Shown: positions 17,701-27,527, counted from the stretch's first letter. The stretch is DNA of 43,181 nt from Simkaniaceae bacterium (GCA_040880145.1 JBBDIZ010000009.1:1-43181); one strand, 5' to 3'. Notes: generated by a model from the sequence alone, not told the origin. Program-made: numbers and translations.

Positions 17701-18435
17701 GTGAGAAAGTTTTGTCTTTTGTTTTGTCTTTTCTTTTCTCTTTATGCTGAAGAAAACAAAGCGCACGTCGGCCTCTGCATTATGGCAACAGGCTGCTATA
17801 ACGCCTATGCAACGAAATTTATCCAATCTTGCAGAAAGCATTTTTTAAATAACCATCAGGTAACCTACTATGTTTTTACAGACGGAGAGGTTGAAAATGC
17901 TCCTGATGTCGTCAAGGTTCATCAAGAAAGGTTAGGCTGGCCTTTTGACACCATGATGCGTTTTGAAGTCTTTGCAAAACAAGAAACCCTTTATAAAGAT
18001 CTCGATTACCTCTATGCATCTGATGCCGATATGCTTTTTGTAGCCGATGTCAAAAACGAAATTCTAAGTGATCTTGTAGGAACCATGCATCCTGGATTTA
18101 TTTCAAAAAGAGGCACTTATGAAACAAATCCGAAATCATCAGCCTGTGTCAATCCTGATGAAGGTACCCTCTATTTTGCAGGTGGATTTTATGGAGGAAG
18201 AAAAGAAAATGTGCTCACTCTTTGGAAAACGTGCGGCAAAAATGTCAATCAAGATCTGAAGCAAGAATATGTTGCTCTATGGCACGATGAAAGTCATATC
18301 AACCGTTACTTTATCGATCACTTCCCAACCCATGTATTAACCCCTGCCTATTGCTGCCCTGAAAGTCAGAAACTTCCCTTTTCCGTAAAATTGTTAGCCC
18401 TGGATAAAAATCATGAAGCGATGCGTCAGCTTTAG
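17701..18435 (+). CDS. GT6-family (ABO/alpha-1,3-Gal(NAc) transferase-like) glycosyltransferase, signal peptide
   Basis: Motifs IMATGCY, VTYYVFTD, WPFDTMMRF, DADM, HPGF, YFAGGFYGG, WHDESHINRY, LTPAY and LDKNH. GTG 17701 follows an AGGAG RBS. Confidence 0.9.
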   Translation: MRKFCLLFCLFFSLYAEENKAHVGLCIMATGCYNAYATKFIQSCRKHFLNNHQVTYYVFTDGEVENAPDVVKVHQERLGWPFDTMMRFEVFAKQETLYKDLDYLYASDADMLFVADVKNEILSDLVGTMHPGFISKRGTYETNPKSSACVNPDEGTLYFAGGFYGGRKENVLTLWKTCGKNVNQDLKQEYVALWHDESHINRYFIDHFPTHVLTPAYCCPESQKLPFSVKLLALDKNHEAMRQL

Positions 18436-19273
18436 CCTTTTTCTCTTCCTATGGAACTCCTTTCTTTTTGGGGGCGAGCAGCGTTTTGTAATTGTCACAG
18501 CTTCCTATAACAACGAAGCTTTTTGCAAAAATAATATTTTAAGCGCGCTCAATCAAAAATATGACAAATATCGTATTATTTATATCAATGATGCCTCTAC
18601 AGATCAAACGCTCGAAATTATCCAAAAAATTGTGGCCCAAAAGCAAAAAGAACATTTAGTTACGATCATTGACAATCCCAAAAGACAAAGAGCCCTTGCC
18701 AATTATACCAATGCGATCCATCTCCATGTCGAAGATGATGAGATTGTTGTCATTTTAGATGGTGATGATCGTTTGGCTAACGAAAATGTTCTCTCTTATC
18801 TCGATAAAGTCTATTCAAAAAATGATATCTGGTTAACGTATGGGCAATTTATTCAATCCTATTCAGGAGAGCGGGGGTGGTGCCGCCCCATGCCCAAAAA
18901 AATTGTAAAGGAAAACGCCTTTCGTCAATGGCAGGATGGCCCCACGCATCTTCGAACCTTTTATGCCTGGTTATTTAAAGCCGTCTCGATCGATGATCTT
19001 ATGCTTGGAGGGCACTTCTACCAGATGACGGGTGATCTTGCTATGATGCTTCCTATGATCGAAATGGCAAGAGATCACTTTCATTTTGTCAGCAAAGTCC
19101 TCTACCAGTACAATGATGGGAATCCTCTTAATGACCATAAAGTAAGCCGTCAAATCCAAATGCTTTATGATGAACACATTCGCGCTTTACCTCCTTATAC
19201 CCCTCTACCCCATCGGTTGGACCGCCCCTGCTTAAAAAACAACTGCCATCACTGCAAAAAGAATCGACGGTGA
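18413..19273 (+). CDS. GT2-family glycosyltransferase, signal peptide
   Basis: Motifs IVTASYNN, YINDASTD, VILDGDD, HLRTFYAWLF and DLAMMLPMIEM. Confidence 0.88.
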   Translation: MKRCVSFSLFLFLWNSFLFGGEQRFVIVTASYNNEAFCKNNILSALNQKYDKYRIIYINDASTDQTLEIIQKIVAQKQKEHLVTIIDNPKRQRALANYTNAIHLHVEDDEIVVILDGDDRLANENVLSYLDKVYSKNDIWLTYGQFIQSYSGERGWCRPMPKKIVKENAFRQWQDGPTHLRTFYAWLFKAVSIDDLMLGGHFYQMTGDLAMMLPMIEMARDHFHFVSKVLYQYNDGNPLNDHKVSRQIQMLYDEHIRALPPYTPLPHRLDRPCLKNNCHHCKKNRR

Positions 19274-20994
19274 AAAGAAGGTTTTCTTTCCTCATTTTGA
19301 TGTTCTTAGGCGCTGCAGCGACCTATAACGCCTTCAACTATTTCCACCCTATCCGCCTAAAACCAAAACACTTTCAAATTGCGACTCCCTCTAAAGAGGT
19401 CTTTGAGGAAAAGCCCTTTGTTATCTTGGTAATGAGTTATAATAATGAGAATTATGTAGAACAAAACATCAAATCGATTCTCGCCCAAAACTATCAAAAT
19501 TACCGCGTTCTCTATTTCGATGACGCCTCATCGGATAACACTTTTGAAAAAGTAAAGCATTACACAAAAGAATCAAAAGAGCGCTTTTCTCTTTTCAAAA
19601 ATCCAAAAAACCGCGGGGCAATGGCCAATCACTGGCATGCTATCCAAATGTGTGAAGATGATGAAATTGTCGTTGTTTTAGATGGAGATGACCATTTTCC
19701 ACATAAAGAGGTCCTCTCACGACTCAATCACTATTATCAAAATCCTGATGTCTGGTTAACTCATAGCCGACATATTGAATATACCGACCATCGTCAAGGA
19801 ATTTGTTCTAAACCTTTAAAAAAACAAGTGATTCAAAAGGGCACGATTCGAAAAGAGCCGTGGCAAACTTCTCATTTACGCTCCTTTTACGCAGGCCTTT
19901 CTAAGCAAATCAAGCTGCAAGATATCATTCACGATAACCGGTTTTTTCCTACGACTTATGACCTTGGCTGCATGATACCCATGGTTGAAATGGCAAAAGA
20001 GCACACTTTTTTCATTCCGGAAAACCTTTATATGTATAATTTTGTCAACCCACTCTCTGATGCCCGTGTCCATACAGATTCCCAAAATTTCTATGACCGC
20101 CATATCCGAAATCTCCCCTCTTATACGCCGATCTCCCACTATAAAAAAAAGAAGAAAGCAAACGCTGCCGATTTAGTCATCTTCTCCTATGACCGTCCCT
20201 TACAACTCTATGCACTTCTTGAATCGATTGAAAAACAGGTTCAAGGACTAAATCAAACAACTATTATTTACCGCGCGAGCGATGAGCGGTTTTTAGCCTC
20301 CTATAGGGAGATTATAAAAGAATTCCCCTCTCATAAATATATCAAACAACCCGATCAATTTTGTAAGGAATCATTCAAACCTCTTGTAATGGAAACGCTT
20401 TGCTCAATGAAAGCGCCTTATCTTCTGTTTGCTGTGGACGATATTATTGTAAAGGATCATATTGACCTGATAACCTGTATCGATGCCATGGAAAAAACAG
20501 CGGCTTATGGCTTTTACCTTAGACTAGGCGAAAGTACAAATTATTGCTATGCAAGTGACCAAGACCAAGGAATCCCCAATTTAATGCCCATTTTTGATTC
20601 TGTAAAAACTTGGCAATTTTACAAAGGCAAAGAAGACTGGAACTACCCCAACAGCGTCGATATGACTCTTTTTAGAAAAAAAGAGGTTTATAACGCGCTC
20701 AAAACATTCTCTTTCCATAACCCAGCTGAATTAGAGGCAAAATGGGCGGCTCGCTCTGATCACACCCTATTAGGTCTTTGCTTTCAAGAATCAAAAATTG
20801 TAAATCTACCCATGAATATCGTTTCTCAAACCTTTGAAAATCGCCGGGAAAATTCTTATTCCACCCAAGAGCTGTTAGTCAAGTTTGAGTCAGGACTTAA
20901 AATGGATATTGCCCCTCTTTACCAAATCAAAAATAAGTCCGCACATATTGACTACTTACCAAGCTTCATCGAAAAAGCCTCGAAAAGTCGATAG
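19270..20994 (+). CDS. Two-domain glycosyltransferase (GT2 plus a second GT-A-like domain), N-terminal anchor
   Basis: GT2 motifs SYNN, DDASSD and LDGDD. A second domain begins at IFSYDRPLQLYALLESI and contains FAVDDI and WNYP. Confidence 0.85.
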   Translation: MKRRFSFLILMFLGAAATYNAFNYFHPIRLKPKHFQIATPSKEVFEEKPFVILVMSYNNENYVEQNIKSILAQNYQNYRVLYFDDASSDNTFEKVKHYTKESKERFSLFKNPKNRGAMANHWHAIQMCEDDEIVVVLDGDDHFPHKEVLSRLNHYYQNPDVWLTHSRHIEYTDHRQGICSKPLKKQVIQKGTIRKEPWQTSHLRSFYAGLSKQIKLQDIIHDNRFFPTTYDLGCMIPMVEMAKEHTFFIPENLYMYNFVNPLSDARVHTDSQNFYDRHIRNLPSYTPISHYKKKKKANAADLVIFSYDRPLQLYALLESIEKQVQGLNQTTIIYRASDERFLASYREIIKEFPSHKYIKQPDQFCKESFKPLVMETLCSMKAPYLLFAVDDIIVKDHIDLITCIDAMEKTAAYGFYLRLGESTNYCYASDQDQGIPNLMPIFDSVKTWQFYKGKEDWNYPNSVDMTLFRKKEVYNALKTFSFHNPAELEAKWAARSDHTLLGLCFQESKIVNLPMNIVSQTFENRRENSYSTQELLVKFESGLKMDIAPLYQIKNKSAHIDYLPSFIEKASKSR

Positions 20995-21701
20995 CGTAGA
21001 TCTTTTGGAACTTGTAGAGCCTGATTTTTAACGGATATCTTGATTTCTTGATCTGTGAAAAGAAGCGCTGCCTCATCGACTCTTTCCTTTACTTCTTTTC
21101 TCAAGATCTTGAGAAAGGCGCGAAACAATTTTTGATAAGCCACTAAACGCTTAACCAACCATCCGAGATAACCTAAGGGAAGGATAAAGCCAAACATGAA
21201 TCCCCCTCCTGCCTCGATAACAAGAGCTGTAAAAAGAAAAATGAGTAAAAAAACGGCTTCTTTAGGTCGAAAAAATAAAGGTCCTAATAGCCGCCTCCAA
21301 GATTTCTCGCTACGTCTATAGGCCATTATTTCTTCAAACTTAGGCTCATCAAACGCAATTCTCCGAATATGCACCTCTTCATGGGCAATTAACTCGGATA
21401 GACTCAAGGTTTCATTTTTTATTTGAAGAATGGGAATTAATTTCTGTTTATCCACTGTCCAGGTTGCCCCGAGTTCCCAAAGGGGAAGATGTTTTTTGGA
21501 TTTTGTAACAATTAACCAGGGAAAAGAGAGGTTTTCCTTTTCAAAAGGCTGGGCAGAAAAAGGGAGTTTATCAAGGATCTCTTCCGGCATTTTTGCACAA
21601 CTTTTACAAAAGCGAATGCGCGTTAAAAAGGCCTCCTCATCCTCACCGGGACCTGGAATAAAGCCCTCATTGAATAATGTGAGGATCTCTTCTGTCTTCA
21701 T
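20952..21701 (-). CDS. Conserved chlamydial-type membrane protein with HExxH motif
   Basis: GFIPGPGE.EE.F..R, HEEVHIRR..FDEPKFEE and two TM segments. From memory, it resembles the chlamydial hypothetical found next to topA. Confidence 0.65.
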   Translation of the reverse strand: MKTEEILTLFNEGFIPGPGEDEEAFLTRIRFCKSCAKMPEEILDKLPFSAQPFEKENLSFPWLIVTKSKKHLPLWELGATWTVDKQKLIPILQIKNETLSLSELIAHEEVHIRRIAFDEPKFEEIMAYRRSEKSWRRLLGPLFFRPKEAVFLLIFLFTALVIEAGGGFMFGFILPLGYLGWLVKRLVAYQKLFRAFLKILRKEVKERVDEAALLFTDQEIKISVKNQALQVPKDLRYRLFEAFSMKLGK

Positions 21702-22603
21702 GAGCGTAAGCGACTAAGCCATCGAATGTTTAAAAAGATAAGATTTAATCCAATCACCGCAATGACAAGCCATAAAATCCACTTTTGCTGTTTTTCCAGC
21801 TCTTTTAAATGACTAGACAGCTTTTTTTTGAAAGCATCAGGATCATTTAAGTAACTTCTCATGTGAAGATGTTTCGCGTATAAAAAGTTTTTGGGTAAAA
21901 AGACTTTGTCATTTTTGGCTAAATATTGATAGGTCATATCATCAAGCGGTTTTTGAGTTCGGTACTGCACCCGGTACAAAATCGATTCTAAGTCAGCTCC
22001 CGGAAAATATTCCCCTATTTGACCCCAAGTAGCTTTGGTTTTTTCAATCGTTTTTTGGATTATGAGATGGCTGGGTTTTGCAGCCAATATGAAGGGCATC
22101 ACTTGAATCGAACTACTCAGTATCGGAGTATCATACTCTTTTAAAGGCGCGTAGAAGTCAAACTTTTGGTGTAAATCTTCAAACGATTTTTGGCATGAGA
22201 CATCGTGATCAAAAACAACCCCTCCATACTGATCTAAAATTTCTAGGCGAAGAAGGGCCGCTTTTTCAGCTTCATTGTCTGAAGAAAGATACTCTGAATA
22301 AAAGTGAGGAAGGTCCCCTTCCTGAACCAAATGCTGCTTAAAAGTTTCACAAAAATCGGGTCTTTTTTGATCTGTCCAAAATGTAGCGCCCCAACCCGGA
22401 TGTTTTTGGGCCCATCCCTTTAGAAATTTTTGACTATCTTTTGGAAAAGGACTTGAACCAAGCCAAATCACATGAAGTTGTTTAGGGATCGCCCCTTTTT
22501 CTTCAGCAACATGATGCTTATAAAAAGAAGATTTCTCTATGTCCTCAGGCGTTTGAACCCGGCAAAAGATAAGTAGTGGAAATAAAGCTAGAAATTTAAT
22601 CAT
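21698..22603 (-). CDS. GT32-like (DxD sugar-binding, Och1/toxin GT-like) glycosyltransferase, signal peptide and C-terminal TM
   Basis: Motifs IPKQLHVIWLG, FWTD and LRLEILDQYGGVVFDHD. ATGA overlap with the upstream gene gives a start at 22603. Confidence 0.8.
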   Translation of the reverse strand: MIKFLALFPLLIFCRVQTPEDIEKSSFYKHHVAEEKGAIPKQLHVIWLGSSPFPKDSQKFLKGWAQKHPGWGATFWTDQKRPDFCETFKQHLVQEGDLPHFYSEYLSSDNEAEKAALLRLEILDQYGGVVFDHDVSCQKSFEDLHQKFDFYAPLKEYDTPILSSSIQVMPFILAAKPSHLIIQKTIEKTKATWGQIGEYFPGADLESILYRVQYRTQKPLDDMTYQYLAKNDKVFLPKNFLYAKHLHMRSYLNDPDAFKKKLSSHLKELEKQQKWILWLVIAVIGLNLIFLNIRWLSRLRS

Positions 22604-23604
22604 TTTCGCCTCCAAAAAAGTAAAAGTGTCGATCCAAGGCATAACCCGAGTAATAATAGGGCTTTTCGCTGCTGTTTCACAAGATGCTTATAGCTTTTGC
22701 GGATTTGCCTCTCACTTTGATCTTCTTTTTGGATATCCGCCCAACTCGTCCCATAATAATGATAGGAATAAATAGGCGTTAACGATTTTTGAGGATAGAA
22801 GTAGCTTGCCGGAAAGATCATGTCGCAATATTGATCCTGACCGAGATGATTTTCCATGGAGCGTGTGAGAGCAAGATAGGTACTATGCATAACATAATCT
22901 CTTAGAGATTTTTGAGAGGTTTGTGGGAATTGCTGTTTGACGATCTCCCAATTCACCATCACTTCATCTATAGCCCCTTGAATAACAGGATGACGAGGAG
23001 CAGATCCTATGATCCCAATACCCGCTGTAACCGATCTTTGATCGACGCGAGTGTGAGGGACCTCAAGACAGGCATAAAAATCATAGCCTCGATGAAGCCC
23101 GTCAAACGATCGAACACAATTTGCATCATGATCGATATAAACGCCCCCTAGTTGATTAAGAATTTCATACCTTAAGATATCAGATTTTTGTCCCCAATTT
23201 GTAGATTCAAGATAATAATCCTCCAAAAATTCAAACTGAAAATCTTGAACCCTATGGATAAGCATTCCCTTAACAGGAGAAGGCCTTTTGCGATCAGTCC
23301 AAAAGTGGACAGTCCATGAAGGATGCTCTGCTATCCACATCCTCATATTTTGAACAGATTCTTGAGGGAAGGGCTTAGGGCCAAGCCAAATCACATGAAC
23401 TTCTGAGGGGATTTTGTACTCCCCCTCTGATAAAAACTGAAAGTTTTTATTTTGCTCATAAAGAGCCTCGTAGCCCGCCATCGCTTTTTTATCTTGCTCA
23501 TCTGCAATAAAACGCCATCGCGACGTCTGCTTACCCATTAATGTCTCAAAATCGACATGGATAAATTGCGTGCATAAAAAAAGGGAAATTAAGAATCCAG
23601 CCAT
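22600..23604 (-). CDS. GT32-like (DxD) glycosyltransferase, signal peptide and C-terminal TM
   Basis: Motifs IPSEVHVIWLG, KSDILRYEILNQLGGVYIDHD, FPASYFYP and HYYGTSW; ends in LLLLGLCLGSTLLLFWRRK. Confidence 0.85.
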   Translation of the reverse strand: MAGFLISLFLCTQFIHVDFETLMGKQTSRWRFIADEQDKKAMAGYEALYEQNKNFQFLSEGEYKIPSEVHVIWLGPKPFPQESVQNMRMWIAEHPSWTVHFWTDRKRPSPVKGMLIHRVQDFQFEFLEDYYLESTNWGQKSDILRYEILNQLGGVYIDHDANCVRSFDGLHRGYDFYACLEVPHTRVDQRSVTAGIGIIGSAPRHPVIQGAIDEVMVNWEIVKQQFPQTSQKSLRDYVMHSTYLALTRSMENHLGQDQYCDMIFPASYFYPQKSLTPIYSYHYYGTSWADIQKEDQSERQIRKSYKHLVKQQRKALLLLGLCLGSTLLLFWRRK

Positions 23605-24395
23605 TCATCAAACAGCACATCGCTGTCCTCTTTAGCCTTATTTTTGACTGAAAAGACATAGCGTGAAAATTTATTCTTTTTATTCGCTCTTTTCATCAAC
23701 TCTTTGACAACATTCTCTTTATTGAGAATAAAATAATCCAGTCCTTCGTTTTTCTTTAAAAAAGAAGCCTTAAAGACTTTAGGACAATCCAAAAATGAAC
23801 GGCTTTTTGGAAAGCGATTTCGGTGCACAGATCTTTTAACCCATTGCTTTTTAACGCCTTGAATGTAGGAAGGGTAAAGAACGTACTGCCCGAATAAAAT
23901 AGAATAATGCTCTTTAAGCTGCAGATGATTTGCCATTTTTATAACATTTTGATGGGGAAGCCAGTCACAGCCTTGGACAAACATCACAAGCCCTTCGGAA
24001 TCAAAATTTTGTATCAATCCCTTAGCTTTTATAAGAAGTTCTTGATGATTCCCCTTTATATATTGAAAGTTTAAAGCCGTTCTTTTTGAGAATTCCTCAA
24101 CAATATTGCCAACGGCCCCGCTTGAACTTTCATCAAGAATGCAAAGGGTAAAATTTTGATACTCTTGATTTTCAATGGATTGAAGCGCACGCCTTAATCC
24201 CATAGAACACTCTTCAGCATGCATAATTAGAAGAAAGGGTTGCAGCTTTTGATTTTCAGCAGCCGCAAGTTCCTTCTCAAGAAGAGGGACCTTCATTTCT
24301 TTTTCCAGATTAAATCGATAGGAGTAAAGGGTTTTCCCAATACCGGCACCGATTAAAATCGCGAGAAGACAAGAAAGATATGTTTTTAATTTCAT
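23589..24395 (-). CDS. Degenerate GT2-like protein with N-terminal TM anchor
   Basis: SIENQEYQNF..ILDES, FVQGCDWLPH and LFGQYVLYPSY parallel 16636..17457. Likely start MKLKTY at 24395. Confidence 0.6.
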   Translation of the reverse strand: MKLKTYLSCLLAILIGAGIGKTLYSYRFNLEKEMKVPLLEKELAAAENQKLQPFLLIMHAEECSMGLRRALQSIENQEYQNFTLCILDESSSGAVGNIVEEFSKRTALNFQYIKGNHQELLIKAKGLIQNFDSEGLVMFVQGCDWLPHQNVIKMANHLQLKEHYSILFGQYVLYPSYIQGVKKQWVKRSVHRNRFPKSRSFLDCPKVFKASFLKKNEGLDYFILNKENVVKELMKRANKKNKFSRYVFSVKNKAKEDSDVLFDEWLDS

Positions 24396-24450
24396 GAGTC
24401 CTAAGTATACATTTGAAGGAATCTTTTTGACCACCATTTTAGTAAAGACC

Positions 24451-24479
24451 TTGCCTTTTTCAAAGAGTCTCTCTATTCT
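24451..24479 (+). promoter_or_regulatory. Possible primary-sigma promoter for topA
   Basis: TTGCCT-N17-TATTCT, about 85 nt upstream of the topA start. Confidence 0.35.
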
Positions 24480-24564
24480 AATAGAGAATCCTTTCAAAAA
24501 AGATGTAATTTTAATACGAGAAGTTTAAATAGAAATTGAGAGTTAATTTAAATAAAATCACTTA

Positions 24565-27057
24565 ATGGCTAAATATCTAGTAATTGTTGAATCACCTACG
24601 AAAATTAAGACCTTAAGAAAATTTCTTGGTAAAGATTACCGTTTTGAGTCTTCAGTGGGTCATATCCGCGACCTTCCAAAGAAAAAATTTGGGATCGACT
24701 TAGAGAATGACTTTACTCCTGAGTATGAAACTCTTCCCGAAAAAAAAGAGGTCATCGCTAAACTCAAAAAGGCGGCAAAAGAAGTCGATGAAGTCTTCCT
24801 CTGCCCTGACCCTGACCGGGAAGGAGAAGCGATAGCCTGGCATATTGCCTCCTTGCTCCCCAAGAAAACGCGTATCAAACGCGCAACATTCAATGCAATT
24901 ACGAAAGCTGCTGTTGTAGACGCCCTTGCCCACCCTCGTGAGATTGACCATCATCTCGTAGACGCCCAACAAGCGAGAAGACTTCTTGACCGGATGGTTG
25001 GTTATAAAATATCGCCAATATTACACCGAAAAATTCAGAGAAGCCGCGATGGCTTTCTCTCAGCCGGCCGTGTCCAATCTGTCGCTTTAAAACTTGTTGT
25101 AGATCGTGAAAAAGAGATCGAAGCCTTCACCCCTATTGAATATTGGAATTTAAGCGCGCTGCTCGAGCCCCAATCAGAAAAGAAAAACTTTAAAGCCTCT
25201 TTACACTCTGTCGATGGCCTACGCATAGAAAAAGAGCCTCAAGAGGGGAAAAAATCTTTCATTATTAATAATGAAAAAACGGCAAAAGAGATTGAAGAGC
25301 GTTTAAAAAGTGCGTCCTACTCGGTAAGTAAAGTCGAAAAAAAGGAGAAAAAGCGCCGACCCGTCCCTCCTTTTATTACCTCTACCCTCCAACAAGAAGC
25401 CTCCCGCCATTTTGGATTTGCTTCAAAACGAACAATGGGAATTGCCCAAAGCTTATACGAAGGGGTCGACTTCGGAAAAGAGGGTGCAGAAGGCCTCATT
25501 ACCTATATGCGTACAGATTCGATACGCGTTGCCGGTGAAGCTTTTACTCCGGCAAGAGCCTTTATACAAAAGACTTATGGGAAAAATTACTTACCCGATG
25601 CCCCAATTCAATACAGCTCTAAAAAAACAGCTCAAGATGCCCACGAAGCAATACGCCCGACAAACTTCGAACACACGCCTGAAAGCATTAAAAGCTTTTT
25701 AACCTCCGACCAATTTAAGCTCTATCAACTCATTTGGAGACGCTTCATTGCCTCTCAAATGCTTCCCGCCATCTACGATACCGTCCAATGTGATATCGAC
25801 ACCGATCAAAAACTGACTTTAAGAGCCACAGGATCGATCATAAAATTTGATGGCTATTTACGCGCCTACAAAGAGAAACAAGATGAAGAACTTGAAGAGG
25901 ATAAGGAGACGCTGCTCCCCACCTCACTCAAACCCGGATCCAAACTTAATTTATTAGAAACACGCGCTGAACAAGCCTTTACGCGCCCCCCCCCTCGATA
26001 CAGCGAAGCCTCTCTTGTTAAAGAGTTGGAAAAATGTGGAATTGGACGCCCCTCTACCTATGCGACCATCATGAATAAGATTCAAAGCAAGGACTACACC
26101 ACAAAAGAAAAACTCTATTTAAAGCCCACAGAACTAGGCCGTATTATCGCTCAAATGCTTGAAGAGAATTTCACTATGATTATGGATATAGGCTTCACAG
26201 CAAAAATGGAAGAAGAGCTCGATACAATTGCGGAAGGGAAAGCGGATTGGAAAAAATTCTTAGGCCGCTTTTGGAAAGCCTTCGCCCCAACAATTAAAGA
26301 AGCGGAAGAAAAAGCACATGTCCCTAAACTTGAAACAGATTTAATCTGCCCCGAATGCAGCGCGAAGGTTTTAAAAATTTGGGCAAGAAATAAATATTTT
26401 TATGGCTGCTCCAAATACCCGGACTGTAAATATACCGCTCCGATTGAAGCCGTTGATTTCAATAAAGATGATTACGCAGAAGATTTTAACTGGGAACAAT
26501 CCTGCCCTAAATGTCAAAGCGAAATGCTCTTACGCCATGGCCGCTTTGGCCCCTTTCTCGGCTGCACTAAATATCCCGATTGTAATGGAATTGTCAATAT
26601 TCCCAAGAAAGGAGAGCCCAAACTGGAAGATCTCCCCCCCTGCCCCGCCATTGGCTGCGATGGGAACATCACTCAAAGACGCACTCGTTTTGGAAAACCC
26701 TTTTTCTCCTGTACCAACTACCCTGACTGTGATGTCATTGTCAATGATCCCCAAGAGCTGAAGAAAAAATATCCAAATCACCCCAAAACCCCTTATAAAA
26801 AGAAAGCAGGAAAAGGAGGGGGAGCAAAGCGCAAATTGACTCTTTCAAAAGCCCTTTCCGATCTTGTCGATGAAAAAGAACTCACCCGAGGCGAAATCAC
26901 TAAAAAAATCTGGGAGTACATCAAATCCCATAAGCTTCAAGACCCTGATAACAAGCAGATGATTATTCCGGATGAAAAGCTCGCCAAAGTCTTTGGGAAC
27001 AAAGAGCCTCTTCACATGATGAAGTTAGCAGGCATTATTAGTAAAAATATCGAATAG
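24565..27057 (+). CDS. topA: DNA topoisomerase I with C-terminal zinc ribbons and SWIB domain
   Basis: Motifs IVESPTK, DPDREGEAI, SAGRVQS, ITYMRTDS, QDAHEAIRPT and GIGRPSTYA; three C4 ribbons; SWIB motif TKKIWEYIKSHKLQDP. Confidence 0.97.
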   Translation: MAKYLVIVESPTKIKTLRKFLGKDYRFESSVGHIRDLPKKKFGIDLENDFTPEYETLPEKKEVIAKLKKAAKEVDEVFLCPDPDREGEAIAWHIASLLPKKTRIKRATFNAITKAAVVDALAHPREIDHHLVDAQQARRLLDRMVGYKISPILHRKIQRSRDGFLSAGRVQSVALKLVVDREKEIEAFTPIEYWNLSALLEPQSEKKNFKASLHSVDGLRIEKEPQEGKKSFIINNEKTAKEIEERLKSASYSVSKVEKKEKKRRPVPPFITSTLQQEASRHFGFASKRTMGIAQSLYEGVDFGKEGAEGLITYMRTDSIRVAGEAFTPARAFIQKTYGKNYLPDAPIQYSSKKTAQDAHEAIRPTNFEHTPESIKSFLTSDQFKLYQLIWRRFIASQMLPAIYDTVQCDIDTDQKLTLRATGSIIKFDGYLRAYKEKQDEELEEDKETLLPTSLKPGSKLNLLETRAEQAFTRPPPRYSEASLVKELEKCGIGRPSTYATIMNKIQSKDYTTKEKLYLKPTELGRIIAQMLEENFTMIMDIGFTAKMEEELDTIAEGKADWKKFLGRFWKAFAPTIKEAEEKAHVPKLETDLICPECSAKVLKIWARNKYFYGCSKYPDCKYTAPIEAVDFNKDDYAEDFNWEQSCPKCQSEMLLRHGRFGPFLGCTKYPDCNGIVNIPKKGEPKLEDLPPCPAIGCDGNITQRRTRFGKPFFSCTNYPDCDVIVNDPQELKKKYPNHPKTPYKKKAGKGGGAKRKLTLSKALSDLVDEKELTRGEITKKIWEYIKSHKLQDPDNKQMIIPDEKLAKVFGNKEPLHMMKLAGIISKNIE

Positions 27058-27238
27058 CGCCCTCTTCATTCACACAAAAAAAGCCATTTTTCCAAGTACT
27101 CTTTTGATTTCATAACCCAATCTCCTCACACAAATATCTTCATACTCAATTAGTTATAAAATTAGTTTAAAAAATTAACTATTTATGACATATAAACAAT
27201 TAGAGAGTTAATAGTACTCATATTAAAAAATATGGTGA

Positions 27239-27269
27239 GAATATCAACTTCAAGAAAGCGTTGATATTC
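27239..27269. promoter_or_regulatory. 10-bp inverted repeat upstream of the DUF378 pair (operator or 5'UTR hairpin)
   Basis: gaatatcaac-N11-gttgatattc, 30 nt before ATG 27299. Confidence 0.4.
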
Positions 27270-27298
27270 ATTCTTAAACCGTAATTTGGGAAAATATT

Positions 27299-27511
27299 AT
27301 GAAAAGACTTGATGCCATTACTACCCTTCTGCTCATAATCGGTGGAATAAACTGGGGTTTAGTAGGTTTTTTTGATTTCAACTTAGTTGAATACTTCATT
27401 TGCCGTATGTGGCTAGATCGTTTGATCTACGTTTTCATCGGTTTTGCAGCACTTTATCACGCTGTAGGATACAAAGCCATTCGTGCGAGATGGCGCTCAG
27501 GTAAAAGATAA
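27299..27511 (+). CDS. DUF378-type small membrane protein
   Basis: LLIIGGINWGLVGFFDFNLV...IYVFIGFAALY. Confidence 0.88.
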   Translation: MKRLDAITTLLLIIGGINWGLVGFFDFNLVEYFICRMWLDRLIYVFIGFAALYHAVGYKAIRARWRSGKR

Positions 27512-27527
27512 ATACTAGGAAAATACT

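Noticed and set aside
24565..27057. TopA-SWIB fusion as a novelty
   Set aside because: This is an established chlamydial feature and is used only as a taxonomic marker.
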